A stretch of DNA of 64,000 bases from Vulcanimicrobiota bacterium. GTDB taxonomy: Bacteria; Vulcanimicrobiota; Vulcanimicrobiia; Vulcanimicrobiales; Vulcanimicrobiaceae. Shown piece by piece: positions 19,798 through 31,240 of this stretch (its first letter is position 1; the number at the start of each line of letters is the position of its first letter). Location of the stretch: the NCBI GenBank assembly GCA_963714015.1, contig OY970223.1, positions 704,001 through 768,000 on the forward strand, written 5' to 3'. The position numbers were made by a program, and so were the translations under genes. The notes under the pieces are model-generated. The model saw only the letters and a list, made by a program, of their open reading frames with translations. It was not told where the DNA came from and searched no databases.

Positions 19798-20557
19798 CTC
19801 TGCCGCTCCTCGTCTCGATCGGCACGACGCACCCCTGGAATATCGCCGGCGTCGGGCTAGATGCGCACGTCGCCGCGGAGTACGGCGTTTCTCATGCTTC
19901 GGCGATCGTCGCGGTGAGCGCGCAAGACGCCGGCGGAGTGCACGCGCTGCAGGCGATCGACGTCGACGTCGTGCGCGCGCAGCTGAGAACGCTGCCTGAG
20001 GGAATCGGTGCGTTCTGCATCGGCGCGCTCGTATCGAGTGAAATCGTGCGTACCGTGGTAAGCTATCTGCGCAGCGCCGAGGGCGTTCCGATCGTGGTCG
20101 ATCCGGTGTTCGTCGCATCGCTGGGCGGATCGCTCGCGCGCGATGCAGATCTTCCGGCGACGCTGCGCGACGAATTGATTGCGCTCGGCGTAATCGTCAC
20201 GCCGAATCTGCACGAAGCGCAGACTGCTTTTGGGAACGCACGTGCGCAACGACCGCGAAATGCTCGACGCCGCTCGGCAGTTGGTTCAGCGCAGGCGCGC
20301 GCGCAGCGATCGTGACCGGCGGTCATCTGCCGGCCGATCCCGTCGACATTCTGTTCGGCGATGCACGGGAAGCGCGCTTCGGGGGACCACGTTTGCCGGG
20401 TTCGATGCGCGGAACCGGCTCGACGTTTGCCGCTGCGCTATCCTGCGAATTGCTTCGCGATAACGACGTGCATCGTGCGGCCGCCGCAGCACATGCGTAC
20501 GTACGCGAGAAAATCGCGAAAGGGACGACGCGCGGCGGCTTGCAGGTCGCCTTCTAA
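19785..20557 (+). CDS. thiD: ThiD-like hydroxymethylpyrimidine(-phosphate) kinase; apparent frameshifts near 20225 and 20300
   Basis: Motifs IVVDPVFVASLG, VTPNLHEA, TGGH and RGTGSTFAAAL; adjacent to thiE. Confidence 0.75.
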
Positions 20558-20582
20558 AACGCGTGCAAACGGGAGCGTTCTC

Positions 20583-21581
20583 ATGATGACCGCCAAACCC
20601 CGAGTCATGTCGGGCATGCGCCCGACCGGGCAGCTGCACATCGGCCATTATTTCGGCGTGCTCAAGCAGTGGGTCGACTACTGCAACACTGCGGACGCTT
20701 TTTTCGAGATCGCCGATCTGCATGCGTATACGACGGGGTTTGCAAATCCGCAAGTGATTCGCAGCGCGCGCAACGAGATGGTCGTCGACTGGCTGGCCGC
20801 CGGGGTCGATCCGCAGCGGTCGACGTTCTTTCTGCAGTCCGGCATTCCGGAAATCTCGGAGCTGCAAGTGTTGCTGGGCATGATCTCTCCGGTCTCGTGG
20901 CTCGAGCGCGTGCCGACGTACAAGGGCCAGATCGAAGCGCTCGGCCAGGAGATCGCGACGTACGGATTTCTGGGTTATCCGCTGCTGCAGCTCTGCGATA
21001 TCGCGGCCTTCCGCGGGCAAGAGGTTCCCGTCGGCCGCGATCAAGTGGCGCATCTGGAGTTTGGGCGCGAGGTGGTGCGCCGCTTCAATTACCTCTACGG
21101 CGAAGGCGAGCAGGTGCTGACGGAACCGAAGGCCATGGTCCTGGAGGACGCCGCCGAAGTGCCGGGCACGGACGGACGCAAGATGAGCAAGTCTTACGAC
21201 AACACGATACTGCTCGCCGACGACGAGGCGGCGACGACCCAAAAGATTCGCTCGATGATTACCGATCCGCAGAAGATCCGGCGCAACGATCCCGGCCATC
21301 CGGAGATCTGTTCCATCTTCGCGCTTTGGAAGCTGGTCAAGCCGCAGCACGTTCCGCTGGTCGACCGCGATTGCCGATCCGGCGCCCTGGGTTGCGTCCA
21401 GGACAAAGGCGATCTTGCTGAAGCGCTCAATGCCTATCTTCGTCCGATTCGGGAACGCCGCGCCCAGATCGCGGCGGACGTCGCGCAAGTTGAAGCCATT
21501 GTTGCGGAGGGCACCGCTCGGGCACGTGAAGCGGCGATAGAAACGATGGCCGACGTTCGGCGGGCTATGCGGTTGATATGA
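20583..21581 (+). CDS. trpS: Tryptophan--tRNA ligase
   Basis: Motifs SGMRPTGQLHIGH, ADLHA, YPLLQ, VPVGRDQ and KMSKS. Confidence 0.96.
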   Translation: MMTAKPRVMSGMRPTGQLHIGHYFGVLKQWVDYCNTADAFFEIADLHAYTTGFANPQVIRSARNEMVVDWLAAGVDPQRSTFFLQSGIPEISELQVLLGMISPVSWLERVPTYKGQIEALGQEIATYGFLGYPLLQLCDIAAFRGQEVPVGRDQVAHLEFGREVVRRFNYLYGEGEQVLTEPKAMVLEDAAEVPGTDGRKMSKSYDNTILLADDEAATTQKIRSMITDPQKIRRNDPGHPEICSIFALWKLVKPQHVPLVDRDCRSGALGCVQDKGDLAEALNAYLRPIRERRAQIAADVAQVEAIVAEGTARAREAAIETMADVRRAMRLI

Positions 21582-22450
21582 ACGATCGCGTCGCTGCACT
21601 CGAGCAGCTGGTGGAACTGGCGCGCGGTCTTGCGCGCGACGACTTTGCGGTCGGCCAGATGTGCCGCCGGGTTTACGACTACACGCGCTCGCTGCTCGAC
21701 GTCCGCGTATTTCACGTCTCGATAGCGGCCGAAGATGGAACGCTGCAGCCCGAATACCATGTCGTGGACGGGAATGAAACCTACGCCGAACACACGCCGG
21801 CACGGGAAGAGATGACCGCCTTTCCCCTGCGGCACGGCGATCGCGAGGTGGGGGTCGTGCTGCTGCAGGCGGATGCGGAGAAGGTGTACGAGGCTGCGAC
21901 CGACCTGGAGGCTGCAATGGACTTCTTCGCGCTGGCCATTGCGAGCGTACATCGCCTGCGCGCGACCGAACGGCGCATCGATCGCGACAGTTTGACTAAT
22001 CTCTACAATCGAAACTACGGCGTGCGCCGTTTGCAGGAAGAACTCCAGCGGGCGGCTCGCGCCGGCACGCAAGTCTGCACGCTGATCGTAGACGTCGACG
22101 GCGTCGACGAGCTCAATACCAAGTATGGCCACCAAACGGGTGACAGCGCAATCCGTACCGCCGGCGATGCGCTCAAGTCGATCTGCCGCCACTCGGACGT
22201 ATTGTGCCGTTACGCCGGCGATCGATTCTTGTTGATCTACTCCGATTTCGCGGGCGACGATCCGTCGCCCGTGGCAAAGCGCGTACGCACGCAAATCGAA
22301 ATGCGGGTATTGCCCGTACCCGGAGGAGCCATCGGCTTAAAAGCGTCGATCGGCGCCGTCATCGGCGCGGACGGTATCGACGCAAACGCGCTGATTCAGC
22401 AGACCGAACGCGACCTACTTCGAGAGAAAACCGAACGCCGCCGCCGCTAG
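21578..22450 (+). CDS. GAF-like plus degenerate GGDEF domain protein
   Basis: DSLTNLYNR, DVD...LNTKYGHQTGD, RYAGDRF in place of RxGG[DE]EF, and ASIG. Confidence 0.85.
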   Translation: MNDRVAALEQLVELARGLARDDFAVGQMCRRVYDYTRSLLDVRVFHVSIAAEDGTLQPEYHVVDGNETYAEHTPAREEMTAFPLRHGDREVGVVLLQADAEKVYEAATDLEAAMDFFALAIASVHRLRATERRIDRDSLTNLYNRNYGVRRLQEELQRAARAGTQVCTLIVDVDGVDELNTKYGHQTGDSAIRTAGDALKSICRHSDVLCRYAGDRFLLIYSDFAGDDPSPVAKRVRTQIEMRVLPVPGGAIGLKASIGAVIGADGIDANALIQQTERDLLREKTERRRR

Positions 22451-22947
22451 GGGTGCCTTACCGGCGCTGCGTGCACCACCGCCGGTGCATAATGCAGCAT
22501 CATCCGCGGCATGGGCCGTACGGCCGGCTCGATCCGGCGGACCGGCATAGGAACCGGGCGCGTCACCGGTGCGGACCGGTGCGTGCTGAGGTCTTGAATC
22601 GGCGGCTGCGCTTCGTTCCAGTCCGGAACGCACTTGCCGCCGGGGCCGCGAGTCTGCGGGACGCTCACGAACACCGTATTCGCTCCGAAGTTCTGCGAGC
22701 CGACAAGCATCGGGTAAGGCCGGCACTCGTCCGGGAGTAAGCCGTTTGCCAGCTGATGGCAAATGCACCCCATCTGCGCGGCCGCCTCGTTTGTCTGCAA
22801 TGCGCACTGTCCTGGTTGCAGGCCAAGCGTTTCCACAGGCGCCGATGCGTAACGCTGAAAGCCGTAGGTCAGGCTGGGGCAGCCGGTGGCCGCCGCGCAC
22901 GTCCCGGCGGCGGCGAGAAAGGCTAACACGGTCAAGAGCACGCGCAT
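22447..22947 (-). CDS. Secreted cysteine-rich hypothetical protein
   Basis: AGGAGG SD; signal peptide MRVLLTVLAFLAAAGTCAA; six Cys in the mature part; Pro-rich tail. Confidence 0.65.
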   Translation of the reverse strand: MRVLLTVLAFLAAAGTCAAATGCPSLTYGFQRYASAPVETLGLQPGQCALQTNEAAAQMGCICHQLANGLLPDECRPYPMLVGSQNFGANTVFVSVPQTRGPGGKCVPDWNEAQPPIQDLSTHRSAPVTRPVPMPVRRIEPAVRPMPRMMLHYAPAVVHAAPVRHP

Positions 22948-23009
22948 GGACGGACCCCTCCTACAGCCATTTAACCTTGCGCGCCCCACCTTAAGCAACC
23001 CTGTGCGGT

Positions 23010-24200
23010 CTAAGCGCTGAACCGGGGGATGTATTTCTGCAACTGCGCGGTCGCGTAGTCGATGTCTTCGAGCGAGGCCGCGTACGAGAAGCGCAGGTAG
23101 CCTTTTCCGGCAGCGCCGAAAGCGGAGCCGCCTAGACACGCCACGCCGCCTTCCTGCAGCAAGAACGCCGCGAGCCCCTTGTCGTCCGACGTTACCTTCG
23201 AGACGTTGGGGAAGGCATAGAACGCGCCTTCCGGCATCGTGCACGAGACGTTCGGAATCGCGTTCAGCCCGTTGACGAGATGGTCGCGGCGTTGACGGAA
23301 CGTTTCGTTCATCTTGCGCACCGGTTCGTCGGGCCCCAGAAGCGCGGCGATTCCGGCATGCTGTACGAAGACGGGCGTGCACGAGAACGTGTTGTTGTTG
23401 AACAAGGTGACGATTTTGGCGATCGGCGCCGCCATGATCGCGTAACCCAGGCGCCAGCCCGTCATCGCGTACGCTTTCGAAAAGCCGTCGACGATGATGG
23501 TGCGCTCGCGCATCCCCGGAATCGTGACGATGGACGCAAACTCGTTCTCGTAAAAATTGCGGCTGTAGATCTCGTCCGCGATCACCAGGAAATCGTGTTT
23601 CTGCGCGAGGGCTGCGATGCGCTCCAAATCGCCGCGGGTCAAGACGCCGCCGGTTGGATTGTGCGGCGAGTTGATCATGATCGCTCGAGTCTTATCGGAA
23701 ACGCGGCGCTCGAGTTCGTCCAGATCCATTCGCCAGTTGCGTGACTCGTGCAGCGGAATGGGCGTAACCTTCGCGCCCAGGTAACTCGAGCACGACGCGT
23801 ATGCCGGATACGCCGGGTCGAAGTAGATGAACTCGTCGCCGGGGTTGAGGATCGCGCTCAAAATGTTCCAAATGATCGGCTTCGCTCCGGGTGACACCAC
23901 GACGTTCTCGGCGGCGAATGGCTCGACGCCGCGAAATTTCGCCGCGTAATCGGCGATCACGTCGCGCAGTTCCAGTATGCCGGCGGACGGAGAGTAATGC
24001 GTGTTGTTTTCGCGGATCGATTTGATGCCCGCTTCCTTGATATGATCCGGCGTGTCGAAATCCGGTTCGCCGATCTCCATGTGCACGACGCGTTTACCTT
24101 GCGCTTGCAGCGCGCGTGCGCGAGCAAGAACTTCAAACGCGCTTTCGGATCCGAGGCGCGAGACGGCATCGGCAATGCGATCGACATTGGTTGCGAGCAT
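23010..24200 (-). CDS. PLP-dependent aminotransferase class I/II
   Basis: Motifs IGEPDF, NSPHNPTG, ADEIY and GFSKAYAMTGWRLG. Confidence 0.93.
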   Translation of the reverse strand: MLATNVDRIADAVSRLGSESAFEVLARARALQAQGKRVVHMEIGEPDFDTPDHIKEAGIKSIRENNTHYSPSAGILELRDVIADYAAKFRGVEPFAAENVVVSPGAKPIIWNILSAILNPGDEFIYFDPAYPAYASCSSYLGAKVTPIPLHESRNWRMDLDELERRVSDKTRAIMINSPHNPTGGVLTRGDLERIAALAQKHDFLVIADEIYSRNFYENEFASIVTIPGMRERTIIVDGFSKAYAMTGWRLGYAIMAAPIAKIVTLFNNNTFSCTPVFVQHAGIAALLGPDEPVRKMNETFRQRRDHLVNGLNAIPNVSCTMPEGAFYAFPNVSKVTSDDKGLAAFLLQEGGVACLGGSAFGAAGKGYLRFSYAASLEDIDYATAQLQKYIPRFSA

Positions 24201-24277
24201 CGAGTGTTAAACCTTTCGCGGTGTCAGAATTGTGTCAAGGGGCCGCTAAGCCCGTGGCGAAGTGTGCCCCGACAATC

Positions 24278-27200
24278 ATGCGCACCCTTACGGACGTTTT
24301 TACGCCGGGAGCACCGACAATACCCGAGGGACTTCGGACCCTCATCGTTTCGCCCGAACGCGAGTTGGAACCTGGAATGACGGTGCGTGCGACCTTCACG
24401 TTCCGAAACCAAGGCGGCGCAACCGCGACGGGCGTGCGGGTAAAGTTCAATCTTCCCGAAGGTTTGGTTTATCTCGTCGGCAGCGGCCAGTGCGACGGCA
24501 CGGCGCTCGATGACGAACAAGGTAACTCGCCGCTGCTTGCGCGGGCCGGCGCCGACATCGGCGACGTTGCGGCCGGTGAAGAGCGGCGCATCGACATCGC
24601 ATATAGCGTCGCAGGCGCGATCGAAAATGGTTCGACCGCGGAACTTCAAGCCGCCCTCGCTGCCTTCGAGCTTCCGCCGGCCGGCTCGAACATCGTACGC
24701 CTGGTTGCTCGCAGCCGTCCCGCGCTGGAAAACGCGCTCACCAACATCGCGATCGAATCGCGCTCGAACGAGCCGCGCCCCGGCGCTGATGCGACGGTCA
24801 CGCTGCGTATCCACAATGCCGGCGAGTCCAGCGCCCACGACGTCGTGGTCGTTGCGCCGATTCCGGAAAATACGGAATACGTTCCGAACTCGCTGCGGCT
24901 GAACGGCCGCGAGTTCGAACGCGAACTGCCTGCGCCGTTCGATCGCGTGCACGCGCCCGTCGTCATGCCGGCGCTGCCGGCCAGCGCAACGGTCACGCTG
25001 CAGTATCGCGTGCGCATCGAGGACCCGCTCCCTGATGGAACGCCCATCGTGGTCCGCGCTCAGATCGCTTCGCAAGAGACGGCGGCATTCGAGCTGAAGC
25101 CTTCGGCACTAACAATCCGGGCTCGCGCGGATTTCGAAGGTGAGCGCACTGCGCTGGAGATCGAACCGGCCAAAGAGGTCGCACCCGGATCGCACGTCGT
25201 CGTGCGCCTGCGCGCATACAACGCCGGAACGACCGCTGCGCAGAATGCGATCGCGACTTTGTCGTTTCCCGAAGGGCTGATTCCCGTACGCGGTGCGACG
25301 CGCATCGACGGCGCGCCGGTGCGCGAACGCAAGAAAGATCCGACGACCTTCGATCTCGGTGCCATTCCGGCACGCGGCGCCGCCGAGCTCGTTGCCGAGG
25401 CAACCGTTGCATCGCCCATGCCCGCAACTGCGCTTACTATCGGAGCGGTGCTGCGCTGGGACGGCGCGAGCGGCTCCGAGCAACCCGCGCAGCGCCACTT
25501 CGAGCAAACGGTCTCGGTGGATGCGCGTCCGTATTTGAACCCGCGTCGCAACAGCGTCGAGCGCAGCGGCAACGCAGTCGTGCATCCCGCCGACGAGTGC
25601 GAGGCCGTCGTCACCATCGTCAACGACGGAAGCGCTGCGGCGACCGATGCCGTGCTGCATCTGTCGATCGATCCCGGACTGGACGATCTGCGCGTGCTGG
25701 ACAAAAACGCGCGGCTGCCGGTAGACAACAACTCCGTGGAACTGGGCGACGTCGAACCTTACGGTGCACGCCGTCTGACGATACGCGCTACCGTTCGCAC
25801 GCCGTATCCCGATCGCAGCGATCTGCGGCTGGGCGCCGCGCTTCACACGCAGGAGCTCGGCGAGTCGCCGATCGGGCAGGTCGATTGGCGGGTCGACTCG
25901 CATCCGGCATTTTCCGGTCAGAGCTCGGGATTAACGCTCGTTCAAGACGACGTATTCCGCCCCAATCAGCTCGTCGACGTGTACGTGAGGCTGCGCAACG
26001 AAGGCACGGACACCGCACAGAACGTACGGCTGCGCTTGTACATCTCACCCGAGGCGCGGCTCGAAACGGTCGAAGGCGCCACTCGCGAGCGATCGACGCT
26101 GCTTTTCGGCGAGATCGGTCCCGGCGCGAGCGCCGAAGCGCGGCTCGGCGTTCGGCTGCTGCGCAGTTTGGCCAAGGCGCATCCGGTGACGATCGACTCG
26201 GTGATCAGCGCCGACGCGATGCTGCCCGTGCAGCTTTCCGCGGCGACGATCGTCACCGCAGCCGAACCAAACTTCAGCATCGGAACGCTGCGCACGCTGC
26301 CCGAAGAAATCGCCGACGCGGGCGACGAGATAGAATTCGTCCTGCACGTGCGTAACAGCGGCGACGGCCCCGCGCGCCGCGTGCGCATCGGCGTGCCGGT
26401 ACTCGACTCGCTGATCTACGTTCCCAACAGTTGCACGGTGAACGATCTGCCGGTTCGCGACGTCGGCGCGCAGTCGCCGCTCTCGAGCGAGCGCGGCCTC
26501 ATCATGACGGACGTCGATCCCGGAATCGAGGCGACCATTCGCTGGCGGGAGGTCGTGCACAACGGTTTGGCATCGGGTGAAAGCATCGTGCGGACCGCAT
26601 TCGTCGCGTACGACGGCGACCGCGTGGACGAGATCGCCGCACCCGAGCTGAAAGTGCGCTGCGCGCCGGCGTTCGCGAATACGATTTCGGGGTTGCCTTT
26701 CGGCGTTGACGGCATGCTGGGACCGGCATTCGGGTCATCAGCGCGCGCTGACCGGCAGCGACGACCGTTTCCTGGAGTTACCGCCGGCAACGCCGGTGAC
26801 GCGCGGCGAGATCGCGTCGTCCGCCGTACTCTCGCTGGCGCCGAGTTCGAACGGCAACGGACACGCGCACGAACCGAACGAACGCGGATGGATACAACCG
26901 GCCGACGGCGTGACGGTCGTCGCCGTATTCGATCGCGATCGTCTGGATCGCGCGCTGCGGTTTTTGGGTGAAGCGCGTTTCGGCGGTTTGGTTTCGCACC
27001 TGTTTGCGGTCCGCGCGTTCTTTCCCGATACGGCGGGCGCGCAGGATCAGCAGACGCTGCGCGAGGTGCGGGAAACGCTGCGCGAAACGCTGGACCGGCT
27101 CTTCATCAAACTGCGTTTGCCGGGATACACCATTGCGCCGCGCGATTTGGAGAATGCGGCGGCGCGCGCGGCGCTGCAGTCGCTCGTCGCTTCACTGCAG

Positions 27201-27518
27201 CCTTCGGATGAGCTCGCGGATCCGGCCGGAAGCATCGTTTTGCGGGGGAACTTCGACGTGCGCGAGATGCGAGCGCTCGGCGAGCGTTTGGACTCCGCCG
27301 CACTTGCAACGGCATTGCCCTGGGCCATTCTGGCGCGCTTCATTCCGGGCGAAGGCGATGCGCTGCAGAATTACCGCGACATGCTGATCGCTTCGCTTGA
27401 CGATCTTGCAGGCGTCGACGAAGGATCTTTCGTCGACGCGCTTCAGCGACGGCCGTATCCCGTGTTGGACGCGGCGCTCGACGTCGTGCGGGCGCAGTTC
27501 GCAAATCTGCGTACGTGA
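24278..27518 (+). CDS. Large protein with six DUF11-like Ig repeats and a helical C-terminal domain (paralog A); apparent frameshift near 26740
   Basis: Six repeats of type PG.......NxG...A.NV.....P....Y..GS (e.g. PGADATVTLRIHNAGESSAHDVVVVAPIPENTEYVPNSLRLNG); continues in ORF 26706..27518; no signal peptide. Confidence 0.75.
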
Positions 27519-27919
27519 CGCCCGTCTACGTCGTTCTTGCGGCGATCTTTCTTGCCGGCGTACTGATAGGACTGTATGCCTGGATGGCGCCACGGCGCGT
27601 CGCAATCGAGCCCGAACCGCCCCCCTCCGCCCAGCCGTTCAAACCCAATCTTAGCTGGACGACCGAAGCGGGCGACGAGTTCGCGGGCTTAACGGAATCT
27701 GCACGCTGCGATTTGATCTTCGCGGTCGCGGATCTTCGCGACGAGCGTTCCGAACAGTTGCTCGTGCACGCGCTGGACGATCCATCCGACGCCGTGGCTC
27801 TCGCTGCGGCTCACGCGCTCGCGCGGCGCGGCGAAACAGCAGCCGTTAACGACTATGCCGAGCGTCATCCGGGGGAACGGGCGGATCGCATCGTCGCCAC
27901 GCTGGCTTTACTGGATTAG
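27515..27919 (+). CDS. Small membrane-anchored HEAT-repeat-like protein (paralog a)
   Basis: N-terminal TM; LLVHALDDPSDAVALAAAHAL resembles HEAT/PBS-lyase repeats; GTGA overlap with the upstream gene. Confidence 0.7.
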   Translation: MTPVYVVLAAIFLAGVLIGLYAWMAPRRVAIEPEPPPSAQPFKPNLSWTTEAGDEFAGLTESARCDLIFAVADLRDERSEQLLVHALDDPSDAVALAAAHALARRGETAAVNDYAERHPGERADRIVATLALLD

Positions 27920-27968
27920 AACAAGGAAGCGCAGGTTGAGTCCGAGCGCGTAGGGAAGTCCAATCTCC

Positions 27969-30900
27969 GTGGCCGCACCCGACCGCCCGACGACCAGCTC
28001 GCTGACCGGCGTCTTCGCTGCAGGCTCTCCACCGCTTATGGAGAGTCTGCGCACGCTTGTGGTCACGCCGCGGCGCGCCGTAACGCCGGGCGAGACGATA
28101 CGCGTAGAGTTCGCCTTCTCGAATCTCGGCGGCGCCACCGCGACGAACGTGCGCGTTCGTTTTGCCGTGCCGTCCGGCGTCTCGCACGTTGAAGGCAGCG
28201 ACACCGTCGACGATGCTCCGCTGCAGATCGAGAGATTCGATGCGATAGAAGGTGCACTGCTCGGCGATCTGGCTCCGAATGCTCAGCGGCGCGTCGCTTG
28301 CAGCTTCCGCGTGAACGATCGCGTCGAAGACGCCTCGGAGCTCCTTTTTCAAGCGGCGCTCGCAACGGATCAAACGCCGGTCGTTGCCTCGAACGCGGAA
28401 CGGCTTCTCGTTCGCAGTCAGCCGCAGTCTGCAGAACGCCTCGACACTGGTCACGCTCAGCGCTCCCGAAGATCTGCGGCCGGGCAGTGTCGTCACGGTT
28501 CGCGCAACGATTGCCAACACCGGAGCTTCGAGCGCGCACGACGGTTCGCGTCTTCCTGCCGCTTCCGCCGCACACGCAATACGTACCGCGTACCGCGCGC
28601 ATCGCCGGGACGAGTACTGCTCAACGTCGAAGACGAACCGTTCGATTATGCGTCGAGCGACGATTGCCGCCGAGCAGCTCGCACCCGGACAGAGCGTCGT
28701 CGTCGAATATCAAGCGGCAATCGACTCGCCGCTGGCCGACGGTACGCGGATTCGGGTCTTCGGCGCGGTCTCGTCGCGTGAAGTGGGCGAGTTCGACATT
28801 GGTTCCCCCGACGTCGCGGTCTTCTCGCCGCCGGACTTTACGAACGACGATACGACGCTGACCGTCTTTTGTGACGACGTCGTCTCGCCGGGTACGCGCG
28901 TGCCCATGGTCGTGCGCGTGCTCAACTCGGGAACCGGCGATGCGCAGAACGTTTCAATCACGTTCGATCTGCCGCCCGGTTTGGCGTATACGGCCGGCTC
29001 TGCGCACTTAGACGGTCAGAGCGTCAGCGACGAGGGATTTGCGGGCGCAACGTTTTCGCTTGGTACCGTTCCGTCGGCGAGAGTCGCGGACGTCGGCATT
29101 TCAGCGATCGTCACGCAACAGCAAACGGACCTGCCGATCGTCGCGACGCTGCAGTGGAAAGGCGGCCTCCGGCGCTTCTCGCGCACACTGCAAGTCCGGG
29201 TAAGCTCGCGTTTTACTCGCGCCCGCAATTTCATCGAAGCCGACCGCGGCGTTGCCGCGGCGCGTGAAGACATCACGTTCACCGTTCACGTTTTCAACGA
29301 CGGAACCGCGCCGGAAACCGATGCCCGTCTGCGCATCATTCCGGGAGCGTTCTTGGAAGACGTGCGCGTCGCCGAGTCGGCTGACGAACCCCTTCCCTAC
29401 GATCAGCCTTTCGCGCTGGGCATCGTGCAGCCGCATGGGGAGCGCACGTTCGTCGTACGGACGCGCGTCGCGTCGCCTGTTCCCGATCGTTCGCATTTGA
29501 CGTTGGGTGCGGTGCTCGAGTTCGCAAGCGGCACCTACGATTTGGGTAGTGCGACGGTCATCGTGCGCTCGCGGCCGCAAGTAACCTCGCAGAGTTGCAT
29601 GTGGGAGCGTGACGAGCGGGAGCCGATTCGTCCCGGCCAGACCCACGAAGTCGTCATCCGGTTTACGAACGAAGGCGCGGACATGCTGCGGGATGCCCGC
29701 ATGGATTTGATGCTGCCCGCCGAGCTCGCACTCGACCGCGCACAGAACGCGCGGCGGGAAGGCACGGCGTCGCTGTTCTTCGGGGACGTTGCGGCGGAGA
29801 CCACGCACGAAGCGCGCGTTGCGGTGAGGTTGGTCCGGCCGCCCAAGCGCGATCGAACGCTGATCGTGGAGGGGACGCTTTCCGGCAAGGGGATCAGCCC
29901 CGTTCAATTCGATCGTTTGGAGATACCGACGTTCGCGCAGCCGCAGTTCGCTGCCGATGCGCAGTCTGCGCTCGAATCCGTCCGAGAACGTCAATGCCGG
30001 GGAACGCGTTGCGTACGAGTTGGTTCTTCGAAATAGCGGTGACGGCCCCGCGGAAAACCTCTCGCTGCGCGCCGTGCCGTCGAATCTGGCCGTGTATATT
30101 CCGGGCAGCACCGCGCTCAACGGCATGATGATTCCGGACGACCTCGGTGCATCGCAACTCTGGTCGCAGCGCGGTCTGCAGCTCACCGACGTGAATCCCG
30201 GAATCGACCTGCGGGTGCGCTGGGAGATGCTCGTGATCTCGCCGCTTGGGGCCGGGACGGCGATCGAGACGCGAGTCATCGCCGAGTGGGACGGAATGCA
30301 GTCGATGGCGCTTGCGGCGCCGTCGCTAATCGTGGAATCGGCGCCCTCGCTCGCTGCGGGTGCCGCCGGTACGCCGATCTCGGTCGCGCAGCTCAGCGCG
30401 CCCTTCGAGGTGCCGTCCCCCGAAGCGATCGTTCCGCTCAAAGAAGCCGAACTGCCTGCGCCCCCCGCCGTCACTCAAGCCGCCGCCGTTCAAGAAGAAC
30501 GGCTGGTCGAGCCCGAAGCCGGAACCGCCGGTTCGGCCGGCGCCCCGTGCTGAACCGCCGGTTGTGCGCGCACCGGTCCTCTACGCCGACTTCATCGAAA
30601 ATCCACTGAGCCAAACGATTCGCGCGTTGGAGAAGAACGCAGGCGGCGGTTTGATTCCGCACGTCTTTGCGATTCGCGCGCTCTCCCCGAACGCAATTGC
30701 CGGCGCGCGGCCGGAGCTGGCGCAAAACGTCGAAAATGCCGCCGTCGCCATGCGCGCGCCGCTCGATCGCTTCTTCGTGCGTCTGCGTACCCCGGGCGTT
30801 ACGGTCACGGCAAAAGATTTGGAAGATCGCGAGAGCCGCTTCGCACTCCGCACCCTCGTCGACGCCGTCTTGGAAGCTTCGCCCGCGCCCCCGCCGCCGC

Positions 30901-31240
30901 GCCCTTCAGGCATCGTGCGTCTAAGCGGAAGCGTCAATCTGGAAGCCGTTCGCGCGCGCCGGGATGAGTTGGAGCGCTCGCCGCTGGGCTCGGTCGCCCC
31001 ATGGATCGTGAATGCCGGTTTGCTGGGGTCGCGGATCGAGTACGATGACGGCGGGCGCAGCGAGGTACTCGGCCAATACCGCGACGAGCTGATCAAAGTC
31101 TTCAGCGTTCTGGAGACGCTGCCGATGCCGGAGTTTCATCGCGTCCTGGGTTCGAGCGTGAATCGCATGCTCGACGATGCGCTGTCCGTAGTGCTCGAAG
31201 CACTGCGAACGGCGGCTCACCTTGCAGTTACCGAGTACGC
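27969..31240 (+). CDS. Large six-repeat DUF11-like protein (paralog B); about five apparent frameshifts, end approximate
   Basis: ORFs 27969, 28384, 29957 and 30360 align colinearly with paralog A (ESLRTLVVTP vs EGLRTLIVSP; LDRFFVRLRTPG vs LDRLFIKLRLPG). Confidence 0.7.

Noticed and set aside
22750..22775. CICH as a heme c attachment site
   Set aside because: The spacing is CxCH, not CxxCH.
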